Source: Chthoniobacterales bacterium
Lineage (GTDB): Bacteria > Verrucomicrobiota > Verrucomicrobiia > Chthoniobacterales > DASVRZ01
Direction: 5' to 3'
DNA: 64,000 nucleotides
Assembly (NCBI GenBank): GCA_038228695.1
Contig: JBBRPA010000012.1
Coordinates: 82-64,081, forward strand
Both the position numbers and the translations under genes were made by a program. The notes beneath the pieces were generated by a model. It did no database searches. It had not been told where the DNA came from and saw only the letters and a program-made list of their open reading frames with translations. Positions 55,592-64,000 of the stretch are shown piece by piece (position 1 is the stretch's first letter; every line of letters begins with the position of its first letter).

Positions 55592-56812
55592 TCAACGTTT
55601 ACCGTGGCGACCGAAGGACATGCCGCGGCCGGTCCGAACACCTTTGACAGCGGTGCGGCTGCTATTCCGCGCCTCGTCGAAGAGCGCGGTGTAGAGATAC
55701 GGGAAGCCCTCGAGTTTGAGGCGCGGGACCTTCTTCCCGATGAAACGCTCGATGTCCTGCATAGCGGCGACTTCCTCGGCGCAGACTAGAGTGAAGGCGT
55801 CGCCCACCCGTTCGGCGCGACCGGTCCGCCCGATGCGGTGAACGTAGTCTTCCGGATGTTGCGGAATGTCGTAATTAACAACGTGGCTAACCCCGGCGAT
55901 ATCAATGCCGCGCGCGGCAATATCGGTGGCAACCATGACCTCGTATTTGCCCGATTTGAAACCTTCGAGCGCCTCGATCCGCTCGTTTTGCGTGCGATTG
56001 GCGTGGAGCACCGCGACGGAGTGTTTCTCGGATTTTAGGCGACCCGCGATTGCGTCGGCGCCATGTTTGGTGCGGCTGAAAATCAGCACGCTGTCGTAGT
56101 TAGTCCGCTCAAGCAGGGCGGAGAGCAGATCGTATTTCTGGTCGAGGGCAACCGGATAAAACGCATGGGAAATGGTGTCGGCGACCGATTGGCGGACGCC
56201 GATTTCGATCACCTCCGGGTCCTTCAGCACCCAGGTGGTAAGACGCTCAATCTCAGGTGGGAGCGTCGCAGAAAAGAAGAGGGTCTGCCGTTGTTTTGGA
56301 CAGTGTTCGATAATTTTTCTAACATCGGGTAGAAAGCCCATATCGAGCATCCGATCCACTTCGTCGAGAACGAGGAGTTCGATACTGGAAAGATCGATAC
56401 TGCCTTGGGAAATGTGATCGAGTAAACGCCCGGGCGTGGCGACGAGGGTATCTACGCCGTCTTTCAAGTCGTCGCGCTGTTTACCGTAACCGACTCCGCC
56501 GTAAATCGAGGTGACGCGCAAATCGGAAAAACGGGAGTAATCTCGGAAAGCGGTCTCGACTTGAAGGGCGAGCTCGCGCGTGGGTTCGAGGACGAGGCAG
56601 CGGGGAGCCCTTTGATGGCCGCCTAGTTTGGTCAGAATCGGGAGGGCGAAGGCAGCGGTTTTGCCGGTACCGGTTTGCGCGGAGCCGATGAGATCGCGTC
56701 CACTCAGGACAACTGGGATCGCCCGCAATTGGATCGGCGTGGGGTCAACATAACCCATGGATTGCACGCCAGTAAGCACGACCTCGGAGAGGCCCAAATC
56801 TTGAAAACTCAT
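55592..56812 (-). CDS. DEAD-box RNA helicase (RhlE-like)
   Basis: Q motif 'PTPIQ', AQTGTGKT, PTRELA, TPGR, DEVD, SAT, ARGID, HRIGRTGR. Confidence 0.94.
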   Translation of the reverse strand: MSFQDLGLSEVVLTGVQSMGYVDPTPIQLRAIPVVLSGRDLIGSAQTGTGKTAAFALPILTKLGGHQRAPRCLVLEPTRELALQVETAFRDYSRFSDLRVTSIYGGVGYGKQRDDLKDGVDTLVATPGRLLDHISQGSIDLSSIELLVLDEVDRMLDMGFLPDVRKIIEHCPKQRQTLFFSATLPPEIERLTTWVLKDPEVIEIGVRQSVADTISHAFYPVALDQKYDLLSALLERTNYDSVLIFSRTKHGADAIAGRLKSEKHSVAVLHANRTQNERIEALEGFKSGKYEVMVATDIAARGIDIAGVSHVVNYDIPQHPEDYVHRIGRTGRAERVGDAFTLVCAEEVAAMQDIERFIGKKVPRLKLEGFPYLYTALFDEARNSSRTAVKGVRTGRGMSFGRHGKR

Positions 56813-56893
56813 AATGTGGAAACAGTTCTTGAAGACAAGAGACGGTCTCCGATGGCGGGAACCTTCCGGGCTCCCAGGTTGTATGCGCAGACT

Positions 56894-57079
56894 TTAATCT
56901 TCAACAACTTGGAAGACGTCTGCTGTGCCTGCGTCTCTCTTGACGGCTTCGATGCCGCTGACGCAACTTTCTTTCGCTTTGTAACCTTCTCCGGAAGTCG
57001 CAATGGTCTGACCGTTGCTGGAAACGAGTTTCCAACGGTATTCTCCTCTTTTGTCTTCGGTGATCAAAAATTTAGCCAT
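56894..57079 (-). CDS. YegP/DUF1508 family protein
   Basis: 'GEYRWKL.SSNGQTIATSGEGY...C..GIEAVK'. Confidence 0.88.
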   Translation of the reverse strand: MAKFLITEDKRGEYRWKLVSSNGQTIATSGEGYKAKESCVSGIEAVKRDAGTADVFQVVED

Positions 57080-57133
57080 GATTTTAAATGGGTTTCTAAC
57101 GATTGAATGAGAGGAAAGGTAGCAGAGAAACAG

Positions 57134-57673
57134 CTACTTGACCACACCGATTTCAACCCGGCGATTTTGGCCCCAGGCATCCTCACCGGACCCAGAGCTG
57201 GCTGGCATTTCCTCGCCGAAGCTGACGGTTTGAATCGAGCCTGCGCCTGCGCCTTGCGCGATCAGGGCGTTGCGGACGGCTTGAGCCCGGCGTTCGCCAA
57301 GGCTACGATTGTATTCCTCGGTGCCGCGTTCATCGGTGAATCCGGCCAGAATCACGGTTTTCGATCCAGACTTCAGAAAGCTCGCGAGGCTTTCGATCGT
57401 GCCCGATTCGCTGGCGGAGACCTCAGCGCTGTCGTAGCCGAAACGAACCGGCTGAAATTGCGTCTTATCCACATTGGCGCTCATGAAAGAGGCCCCATCG
57501 CCGGGGCGGTCAGGCAGCGGAGTGCCGTTGACATAATCCCCATCCACGCCTGCGTATTGGTCGCCGGCCTTATTACCTTTTTTGCAAGAACTGAGGCTGA
57601 GGGCGAGCGAGCCCGCGCAGAGGACATTGAGGATCGTTTTCGGAGTGAGAGACATCATAGGAAGCGTAGGCAT
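57134..57673 (-). CDS. pal: peptidoglycan-associated lipoprotein (Pal/OmpA family)
   Basis: lipobox LSSC, 'FGYDS', 'TDERGTEEYNRSLGERRA', 'SFGEE', 'NRRVE'. Confidence 0.9.
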   Translation of the reverse strand: MPTLPMMSLTPKTILNVLCAGSLALSLSSCKKGNKAGDQYAGVDGDYVNGTPLPDRPGDGASFMSANVDKTQFQPVRFGYDSAEVSASESGTIESLASFLKSGSKTVILAGFTDERGTEEYNRSLGERRAQAVRNALIAQGAGAGSIQTVSFGEEMPASSGSGEDAWGQNRRVEIGVVK

Positions 57674-58824
57674 TAACGTGAGGCGGTGGGTTCGGAAATC
57701 TTACCGAGACCAGTTATAACTTTAACTTGTTTGCCGGTCTGGACGTCAAGGAGATAAACCGCGCGGTCTTGGGCAAAGAAAAGGTGGCGGGAGTCTCGCG
57801 CCCAGACCGGATCTTCCGCATCGTCGCCGCTGCTGACGACACGCGTCGAGCCGGAGCCGAGGCTGTAAACTGCGACTGCAAAATTGCCGTTATTGCGGAC
57901 GTTAAACGCGATCTTCTTGCCGTCGGGCGACCAATTCGGCTCCGTGCAATATCCATAACTGGTCGCGAGTCGGGTGCCGGTGCCGCCGCTGGCCGAAATC
58001 CGGTAAAGTTGCGGCTGACCGCTTACATCGGACGAGTAAACCAGTTCCGATCCCTCGGGCGAAAACGACGGGGAGGATTCGGAAGTCCGGGTGTTGGTCA
58101 GGCGTCGGCCGCCGCCGCCGCTGCCGAGCAGGTAAAGCTCCGGGTTACCATCCTTACTCAGGGTTGCTGCAAAAGAACTCCCGTTGGGTGAAAACGAAGC
58201 ACCGGAGTTGGTCCCGGGCGACTTCACAATGCGGGTGCGGGCGCCGCTGCCGAGATCGATTTTGTAGATGTCGGCGTAGCCGCTTTGATAGCCGGTATAG
58301 AGCAGTTCACGGCCATTCGGCGAGAGCGCCGGGCTGACGCTGATTCCTCCATCGCGGGTGAGTTGTCGGACGTTGGCGCCGTCGTAATCGGACGTGTAAA
58401 TTTCCTTCTTCCCGGAAGCGTTGGAAACAAAGGCGAGTTTGGTCGTGGCGATCCCAGCATTGCCGGTGACGGTCTCGACGGTTTCGTCGGCAAACTGATG
58501 CACCGCCGAGCGAAGATCGCCCGAGTAGCTCTTTTCCAGCACGGTTCCGCCGGAGCGATCGACCACGCGACCTTGCAACTGTCCGCCGGAAAAGGTCCCG
58601 CTGATGATGAAATTCGCGCTGTCCGTTCCGCCTAGGGCAAACGCGCCGGAAAGGGTCAAATCGTTCGCCAACACCCCAGTCGCTTTGGCGCCCTCGCCGC
58701 CGCTAATGCCGCTGATGTGGGCGTTGAGCTGGGCCCCTTTTTGCACGGTGATGGTCGCAGGCTCCTGGGCGAAAACGACTCCGGACGTGACAAGGAAAGC
58801 GAGGGCGAAAACAAAGCGTAGCAT
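57673..58824 (-). CDS. tolB: TolB-like beta-propeller protein
   Basis: signal peptide; PD40 repeats (SPNG, SPEG, WSPDG), 'DYDGAN'; coupled to pal. Confidence 0.88.
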   Translation of the reverse strand: MLRFVFALAFLVTSGVVFAQEPATITVQKGAQLNAHISGISGGEGAKATGVLANDLTLSGAFALGGTDSANFIISGTFSGGQLQGRVVDRSGGTVLEKSYSGDLRSAVHQFADETVETVTGNAGIATTKLAFVSNASGKKEIYTSDYDGANVRQLTRDGGISVSPALSPNGRELLYTGYQSGYADIYKIDLGSGARTRIVKSPGTNSGASFSPNGSSFAATLSKDGNPELYLLGSGGGGRRLTNTRTSESSPSFSPEGSELVYSSDVSGQPQLYRISASGGTGTRLATSYGYCTEPNWSPDGKKIAFNVRNNGNFAVAVYSLGSGSTRVVSSGDDAEDPVWARDSRHLFFAQDRAVYLLDVQTGKQVKVITGLGKISEPTASR

Positions 58825-58926
58825 GGCGTCTTAATGGCTAATGGATGGCTGGAAAGACGTCAAACAGTAACGCTTTATTCAGGGTGGTGGTTTCGAGCAT
58901 TCGATTCCATGCGGGCGGCCCTTTTC

Positions 58927-60135
58927 CTAAAGGAAAATCGTTGCCAGCCCAAGGAACAACCCCATGCTGGCGACATCGGTTGCGGTAGTTAGGAAAATGC
59001 TTGAGGCTGTCGCCGGGTCCGCGCCCAGTTTTTTCAACGTCACTGGCACAAGCACCCCGGAAATACCGCTGATCAGGCAACTGCCGATCATGGCCACGAA
59101 AACGATCAACCCGAGTTTGGCCGGCTCCGGATGGTGCTGCATCCGCGCGTAAACATACATTCCGAGGCCGGCCGAAATACCAACGAGCGCGCCATTGCAG
59201 AAACCGAGAATCGCCTCCTTCAGCATGGCGAGTTTCTCCTTCCCGGTTTGTAACTCCCCTAGCGTCATGGCCCGCAAGGCCACCGCGAGTGCCTGGCACC
59301 CGGTGTTGCCCGATTGGCCTGCCATCACAGGTAAAAAAACTGCGAGCAAAACCACCTTCTCCAGAGTGTCTTCGAACGCGCCGACCACTGCCGCTGCGAC
59401 AAACGCGGTCAACAAGTTGAGCTGCAACCAGGGATGCCGAAACTTCAAACTTTGCTGCCACGAGGTCGCGAGGCGTTCCTCCTTATCCACACCGACCATC
59501 GATCCCGCTTGGGCGGAAAGTTCCACTGCCTGCGCCTCAAACAACGTCGAGCCGCGAACCAACCCGATCAACATCCCCTGTTGTGAGCAAACGGGATAAA
59601 CCGGGTAATGGCGATTGAGCACTTTCTTCATCGCATCGGTTAATTCCATCTCTGGAGTGAGGAAAAAAGGATTCGCCAGAGTAATCTCCGAGAGTTTTTG
59701 GCTCGGGTTAGCGAGCAGCATTTCGCGCATCACGATTATGCCGACCAGTTTCCCATCTTCATCGGTGGTAAAGGCATAGGTCACAAAAGCTTTCCGAGTA
59801 ATCTCCCGCAATTCCTCGGTCGCCTGCCCCACGGTCACTTCGGGGCTGAAGACGGCGACCGGCGGCTCCATCAGTCGCCCGATAGATTCCTCCGGAAAAT
59901 CTAAGCTCGCCCGCCAATGCGCAGCTAGTTCTTCAGGCGCGGCGGCGATCATCGCCTCCAGTTTTTCTTTAGGAAGCAGCGAGAAAATTTCGTTCCGGCG
60001 AAGAACATGCGCGCTAGCCAAAAGTGAAGCAGCTTCCGCCGGTGAAAGCCGAACGAGCCGCTCACAGGCTTCGTGAGCCGAACCGGAAGCAATCTCACTA
60101 ACAATGGGCGGGGTGAAGGAGTTGGTTGTGGTCAT
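58927..60135 (-). CDS. mgtE: MgtE magnesium transporter
   Basis: CBS pair, 'RHPWL', 'GQSGNTGCQ', 'DPATASSIFLTTATD'. Confidence 0.9.
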   Translation of the reverse strand: MTTTNSFTPPIVSEIASGSAHEACERLVRLSPAEAASLLASAHVLRRNEIFSLLPKEKLEAMIAAAPEELAAHWRASLDFPEESIGRLMEPPVAVFSPEVTVGQATEELREITRKAFVTYAFTTDEDGKLVGIIVMREMLLANPSQKLSEITLANPFFLTPEMELTDAMKKVLNRHYPVYPVCSQQGMLIGLVRGSTLFEAQAVELSAQAGSMVGVDKEERLATSWQQSLKFRHPWLQLNLLTAFVAAAVVGAFEDTLEKVVLLAVFLPVMAGQSGNTGCQALAVALRAMTLGELQTGKEKLAMLKEAILGFCNGALVGISAGLGMYVYARMQHHPEPAKLGLIVFVAMIGSCLISGISGVLVPVTLKKLGADPATASSIFLTTATDVASMGLFLGLATIFL

Positions 60136-60155
60136 GAGGTTGGCGGATTTCTAAA

Positions 60156-61499
60156 TCAGGGAGTCGGAGAGGGAACGGGATTTTCGAGACTTTTCGGAGT
60201 GGGCAGAGCGAGGGCGGCGTCCGGGGTGGACATCGGAGTTGGGGTAGGTAATGGCGGGAGAATGTTTTCCCAGCGCTCCACGTTCACGTTCGTCGCACCG
60301 AGGTCCGCTAGCAGTTCGACGCAGCGCGTGCGCCATTTCTCATAGTCCGGCGGGCCGGCTTCGGGATCGGCTGAGCGTGGAAAAATCAAATAGCTAACAT
60401 CGAGTTTATTCGTGGGCCGGAGGTAGGCAGTGGCTTTGAGGTTGAGCGCGGTCGCTATCCGCAGTGAGGCCTCTCCGACTTTCACATTCGGCCCCACGTC
60501 GCCGAAGATCGCGGGGTAAATTTTGTCGTTGTAAATAACGGCCACGTAATCACCAACACGAGGGCAGAAAGGCAGGGATTTATCACGGAGCATGAAGCCG
60601 GGCAGCACGACAAACGGATCGGCTTTTGCGATCAGGAAACTGAAAGTTTGCAAGTCCGCGATCTCAAGTTTGTTAGTCGCGATCGACGCGCGCAGGGTCT
60701 GTTCGCGCTCAGGCGGAAGCGTGGGTCCGGCGAGTTCCTTTTGCGCGGAGACGATGTTAGCTTTCTTCGGCTCCAGAAACTGGCTCGGCACGGCGGTGCG
60801 CTTTTTCCAGCGGTAGCTAGTAAACGGTTGGTAGTGCATGCTCGTGCCGTCCACTTCGAGAAAGCGATCGGAGTCGGAGCCATCGGCGACCACATCCATG
60901 TCCGCCTGGAGCAGGAGCGCTCGGCGCTTCGTCGCCGGGTTGGTTAGCTCGAGAATGGTGCCGCAATCGAAGAAATTATGCCGCGATAGAATGTCCGCCA
61001 GATTGCGCATGTCCTGCTGGAGCGACTTTACTTTTTGCGCGTAGATGTAGTGGTAATAGGGCGAGACGTGGGCACCGGCGAGCAGGGCGGGCAGCATGGG
61101 TAACGCTTCGCTTAGTTTTGGATTCGCCTTCGCGAAATCTTCCGGGGAGGTCATTGGCGCGGGCACCTTCACCTTGAGCGAGATGTCCACAGAGAAACTG
61201 TTGTCCAGCTCACGTTCGAGCGGGGCGATTCCACCGGGGACACTTTGCAGGTGGTTGATGATTTCTAGGCCGTTAAAGAGCTTTGCGGTGTCATACGAGC
61301 GGCGCGGCACGAAGGCTTCCGGTAACGCAGTTGGCACAGGCACCGGCGTAGGCCAGACGATCGGTGGGGGCGTGGCCGCGACCGGCACCGGAGTGGGTGT
61401 GGGAAGCGCGACGATTGGAGGCGGCGGAGGCGGTTTTGTGCAGGAGGCGAGCCCGACCAGAAACAAAGAAATTAGGGCCCACCAGTGATTCCGTCTCAT
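60156..61499 (-). CDS. glycoside hydrolase family 75 (chitosanase-like) lipoprotein
   Basis: lipobox LASC, Pro/Thr-rich ends, 'DMDVVADG', 'PFVVLP', 'AIFGDVGP..VGEASL', 'VSYLIFP'. Confidence 0.7.
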   Translation of the reverse strand: MRRNHWWALISLFLVGLASCTKPPPPPPIVALPTPTPVPVAATPPPIVWPTPVPVPTALPEAFVPRRSYDTAKLFNGLEIINHLQSVPGGIAPLERELDNSFSVDISLKVKVPAPMTSPEDFAKANPKLSEALPMLPALLAGAHVSPYYHYIYAQKVKSLQQDMRNLADILSRHNFFDCGTILELTNPATKRRALLLQADMDVVADGSDSDRFLEVDGTSMHYQPFTSYRWKKRTAVPSQFLEPKKANIVSAQKELAGPTLPPEREQTLRASIATNKLEIADLQTFSFLIAKADPFVVLPGFMLRDKSLPFCPRVGDYVAVIYNDKIYPAIFGDVGPNVKVGEASLRIATALNLKATAYLRPTNKLDVSYLIFPRSADPEAGPPDYEKWRTRCVELLADLGATNVNVERWENILPPLPTPTPMSTPDAALALPTPKSLENPVPSPTP

Positions 61500-61511
61500 G
61501 CGATCGAAATG

Positions 61512-61841
61512 CTAGATCCCTGCCCAAGCGACGAGGGTCAGGATCACGCTGGCGGTGCCTAGAAAAAACATCATGCCCGCGGGGAAAAGTTTTTTGGTCT
61601 TGAAAAAAGCGGGTGCAAAACGGCCCAGCAGAAGCAAGCTAACTACTCCGCCGGTTACTAAGCCAATTTTTGGGCTGGCCGGAAAAATGACCAGCAACGC
61701 GCCAGCCAGATCAAGGAGTGCGCCGGAGATCAGACCGGCAATCAGCGAGGCCTGACTTTTCGCACGAACAAACCCCATTACCCCACCAATCTGAGTGAGA
61801 GAGGCAAAGACAAAATAGTAAACTAGTGTGATGTGAATCAT
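61512..61841 (-). CDS. TMEM14 family membrane protein
   Basis: 'GGVMGFVRAKSQASLIAGLISG', 'RF..TKKLFPAG'; ATGA overlap with the SDR gene. Confidence 0.85.
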   Translation of the reverse strand: MIHITLVYYFVFASLTQIGGVMGFVRAKSQASLIAGLISGALLDLAGALLVIFPASPKIGLVTGGVVSLLLLGRFAPAFFKTKKLFPAGMMFFLGTASVILTLVAWAGI

Positions 61842-62659
61842 AATTCTTCGGAGGCCTTCAAGCGGCGCAGACCCAGAAATGGGCGAATGAGGAAAAACGG
61901 AATGATGGCCAGCGCGAGCGCGACTAGGCACATCGCAACGCCCGGGACGACACGCGGCCGATTTCCAGCGACCGCGAGCAATCCAGCGCGGGCCACTTCG
62001 GCCGCCTCGACCGAGAGCAAGCCCGGGGTCCCCATATCGAACTGCTCGTTCTCGCCTGTTCGGGTGGCTTGTTGCCCAAACTCCGTCGGCACCGGCCCGG
62101 GACACAATGCGGTGACGCTAACACCCGTCCCGCGCAGCTCAGCGCGAAGGCCCTCGGAGAAACTGGTCACGTAAGCCTTGGTCGCGGCGTAAACCGTTAG
62201 ATAGGGAACCGGGAGCAGACTGGCCACGGAGCTCACGTTGAGAATCGCGCCCTCGTTGTGGCGGATCATAGTCGGCAGCAAGCCGTGCGTGAGCCGGGTG
62301 AGCGCGGCGATGTTCACTGCCAACATTTGCTCGATGCGCTCCCAACTGCCGTCCGCAAAAGGCCCGTGATCGCCCACGCCGGCGTTGTTGATTAACAGAT
62401 CCACCTGGAGATCATGCCGATCGAGCCATTCCAGAAATTGCGCGGTGTCGGACTCCGAGGCAAGATCCACGCCGTAGGTCAAAACATTCACCTCCGGAAC
62501 CAGTTCCGCGATTTCTTTTTTGAGTTCGTCGAGCCGGTCGAGTCGTCGCGCAGCAATAATGAGGGTCTCCGCGTGGGGGGCGAGCTGCAAGGCGAATTCC
62601 CGTCCGATGCCCGAGGAGGCACCGGTAATGAGCACCGTGCAGTCGTTGAAATAGTCCAT
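61838..62659 (-). CDS. short-chain dehydrogenase/reductase (DltE-like)
   Basis: TGASSGIG, NNAG, NVSS, YAATK, CPGP; start moved to ATG 62659. Confidence 0.92.
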   Translation of the reverse strand: MDYFNDCTVLITGASSGIGREFALQLAPHAETLIIAARRLDRLDELKKEIAELVPEVNVLTYGVDLASESDTAQFLEWLDRHDLQVDLLINNAGVGDHGPFADGSWERIEQMLAVNIAALTRLTHGLLPTMIRHNEGAILNVSSVASLLPVPYLTVYAATKAYVTSFSEGLRAELRGTGVSVTALCPGPVPTEFGQQATRTGENEQFDMGTPGLLSVEAAEVARAGLLAVAGNRPRVVPGVAMCLVALALAIIPFFLIRPFLGLRRLKASEEL

Positions 62660-62744
62660 GCCGCCAAGATGAACCGGGAAAGATGTTTTTGGAATGAAAA
62701 ATTCATCCGCCGTCTCTGACGAATCGTTGCTATGTTGCGAGGCA

Positions 62745-63629
62745 ATGCGCGGGCTGGTCATTTTTCTAACAATGGGTTGGTTGCTCACCAATTCCGCCTT
62801 GCGGGCAGGCGAATCGGACGTTACCCGGAAAACAGAGTTGCCCGGAGCGGTCGTGACTGAACTGCAGACTGGTAATGTCCTGCGGCTGACGCTGTCCTTC
62901 GAAACTCGCCGCGTGGTCGTGGAGACCCTCGTCAACGGCCCTGATCGCACGCCGCTGCGGACGGATTTCGGGCGGGCGGGAGCGGATGCAGCCGACGACA
63001 AACCTTTGCTTGAGCCCGCCTGGCTGGTCGATGCGAATGGCGACGGTTTTTATTTTCCCAGCCAGCCGGATTTTACCGTGCGCGCCCACCCAGCCGAAGG
63101 GGTTTTCGCCCTAGAGGAGACGACTATTGTCCCAGAATCGACGCGTCGCTCTTTCCGATTGGAATTTGCAAAAACTAGCGCGAGCGACATGGGGCGAATC
63201 GCCGGGGACATGGTCAACCCAGTGCTCGCTCCGTTGCAGATTACCGAGAACGATGACGACGAACTGATTGTTTATGACACAGCCACCCGGACGACGGCTT
63301 ACGCGATCGAACGACCCAGCGACCGAATGAATTCCGCCGGTTACCTTAGCGGAAGCAGTCAGCCTTGCGTGGTGCTGATCCGGAGTGGCGAAGACGGAAT
63401 TACCCTTTCCGCAGGAAAAGCCGGTCCGCCGGGAAAAATCCGCCTGAAACTGTTTGGCGAATGGACCCCCGCGCCCGGTTCGGAAACTTCCGTCACATGC
63501 CAGCCAAAAGCGGGACGAACTTGGATCGAACTGAACGCCGGAAGCGATGGAAGCGCGGCGATCGAACTGAAAAAACTCCCCAACATAGGATACGTTCAGC
63601 GTCTTTTAGAGCTTTTCTTGAAAAAATAA
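62745..63629 (+). CDS. exported hypothetical beta-rich protein
   Basis: signal peptide from ATG 62745; fills the gap with host-like codon usage; no motif recognised. Confidence 0.65.
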   Translation: MRGLVIFLTMGWLLTNSALRAGESDVTRKTELPGAVVTELQTGNVLRLTLSFETRRVVVETLVNGPDRTPLRTDFGRAGADAADDKPLLEPAWLVDANGDGFYFPSQPDFTVRAHPAEGVFALEETTIVPESTRRSFRLEFAKTSASDMGRIAGDMVNPVLAPLQITENDDDELIVYDTATRTTAYAIERPSDRMNSAGYLSGSSQPCVVLIRSGEDGITLSAGKAGPPGKIRLKLFGEWTPAPGSETSVTCQPKAGRTWIELNAGSDGSAAIELKKLPNIGYVQRLLELFLKK

Positions 63630-63635
63630 TCGGCG

Positions 63636-63680
63636 AAATGATGCAAAAGTTCTTGTGCTTGCATCATTTGGCAGTAAGAT
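63636..63680 (+). promoter_or_regulatory. promoter and operator of the vapBC operon
   Basis: perfect 11-bp inverted repeat AAATGATGCAA(63636-63646)/TTGCATCATTT(63659-63669); TTGTGC-16 nt-TAAGAT, 6 nt before ATG 63687. Confidence 0.6.
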
Positions 63681-63686
63681 GGGTTC

Positions 63687-63938
63687 ATGAGAGTCAGCGT
63701 TGAAATGGAAAACAAACTCGTCGAGCAGATCATGGAAATGACTGGCGAGCGGAAGATGAGCGCGGCGATCGCCAAGGCGGCCGAGATGTTTGTGAAACGG
63801 CAGAAGGCGGTCGCGATGATCCGGGCGTTGCGGGAAGATCCCCTCGATTACGGCGAGACCAACGACGAGCTCGAGGCGGCGGCCGATCCCGAGCCGGGGG
63901 CGGCCCCGGTGACTTATCGTAAATCCACCCGAAAATAA
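63687..63938 (+). CDS. vapB: VapB-type ribbon-helix-helix antitoxin
   Basis: 'MRVSVEMENKLV...TGERKMSAAIAKA'; upstream of a PIN gene. Confidence 0.8.
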   Translation: MRVSVEMENKLVEQIMEMTGERKMSAAIAKAAEMFVKRQKAVAMIRALREDPLDYGETNDELEAAADPEPGAAPVTYRKSTRK

Positions 63939-63944
63939 ACGCGC

Positions 63945-64000
63945 ATGGTTCTAGTCGATTCTTCGGTCTGGATTGAATTGTTCCGGCGTGACGGCGATCT
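63945..64000 (+). CDS. vapC: VapC PIN toxin, 5' fragment truncated by the window end
   Basis: MVLVDSSVWIELFRRDGD, the classic PIN N-terminus. Confidence 0.8.
   Translation, partial: MVLVDSSVWIELFRRDGD

Overview
GC-rich bacterial chromosomal window. Its gene content (TPR-ExbB-ExbD-ExbD-VWA cluster, TMEM14, GH75 lipoprotein, mostly SD-less starts) suggests Verrucomicrobiota; this is an inference. Most of it is housekeeping and metabolism: gltA, hemW, sua5, purE, csp, aroK, queG, panC, nadB, glpX, a rhamnulose kinase/aldolase cluster, ilvB, xerC, a DEAD-box helicase, tolB-pal, mgtE and ABC transporters. It also holds a cytoplasmic phosphorelay, a circularly permuted ATP-grasp/alpha-E pair and three type II toxin-antitoxin modules. 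I found no rRNA, tRNA, CRISPR array or transposase. Four features stand out. (1) An apparent integron gene cassette with attC geometry and a matching core site but no integrase, sitting between two 165-bp direct copies of an ABC exporter 3' end (50.9-52.1 kb). (2) A six-gene proton-motor operon whose TonB/TolA-like SxxxH-anchored subunit ends in a VWA/MIDAS domain (25.0-31.6 kb). (3) A 170-bp MITE-like element with nested inverted repeats (22.0 kb). (4) A gluzincin-like protein whose HExxH motif reads RETTH, one base away from intact. Start codons were moved from the ORF track where a downstream start fits better. All product calls come from motif recognition, not database searches.
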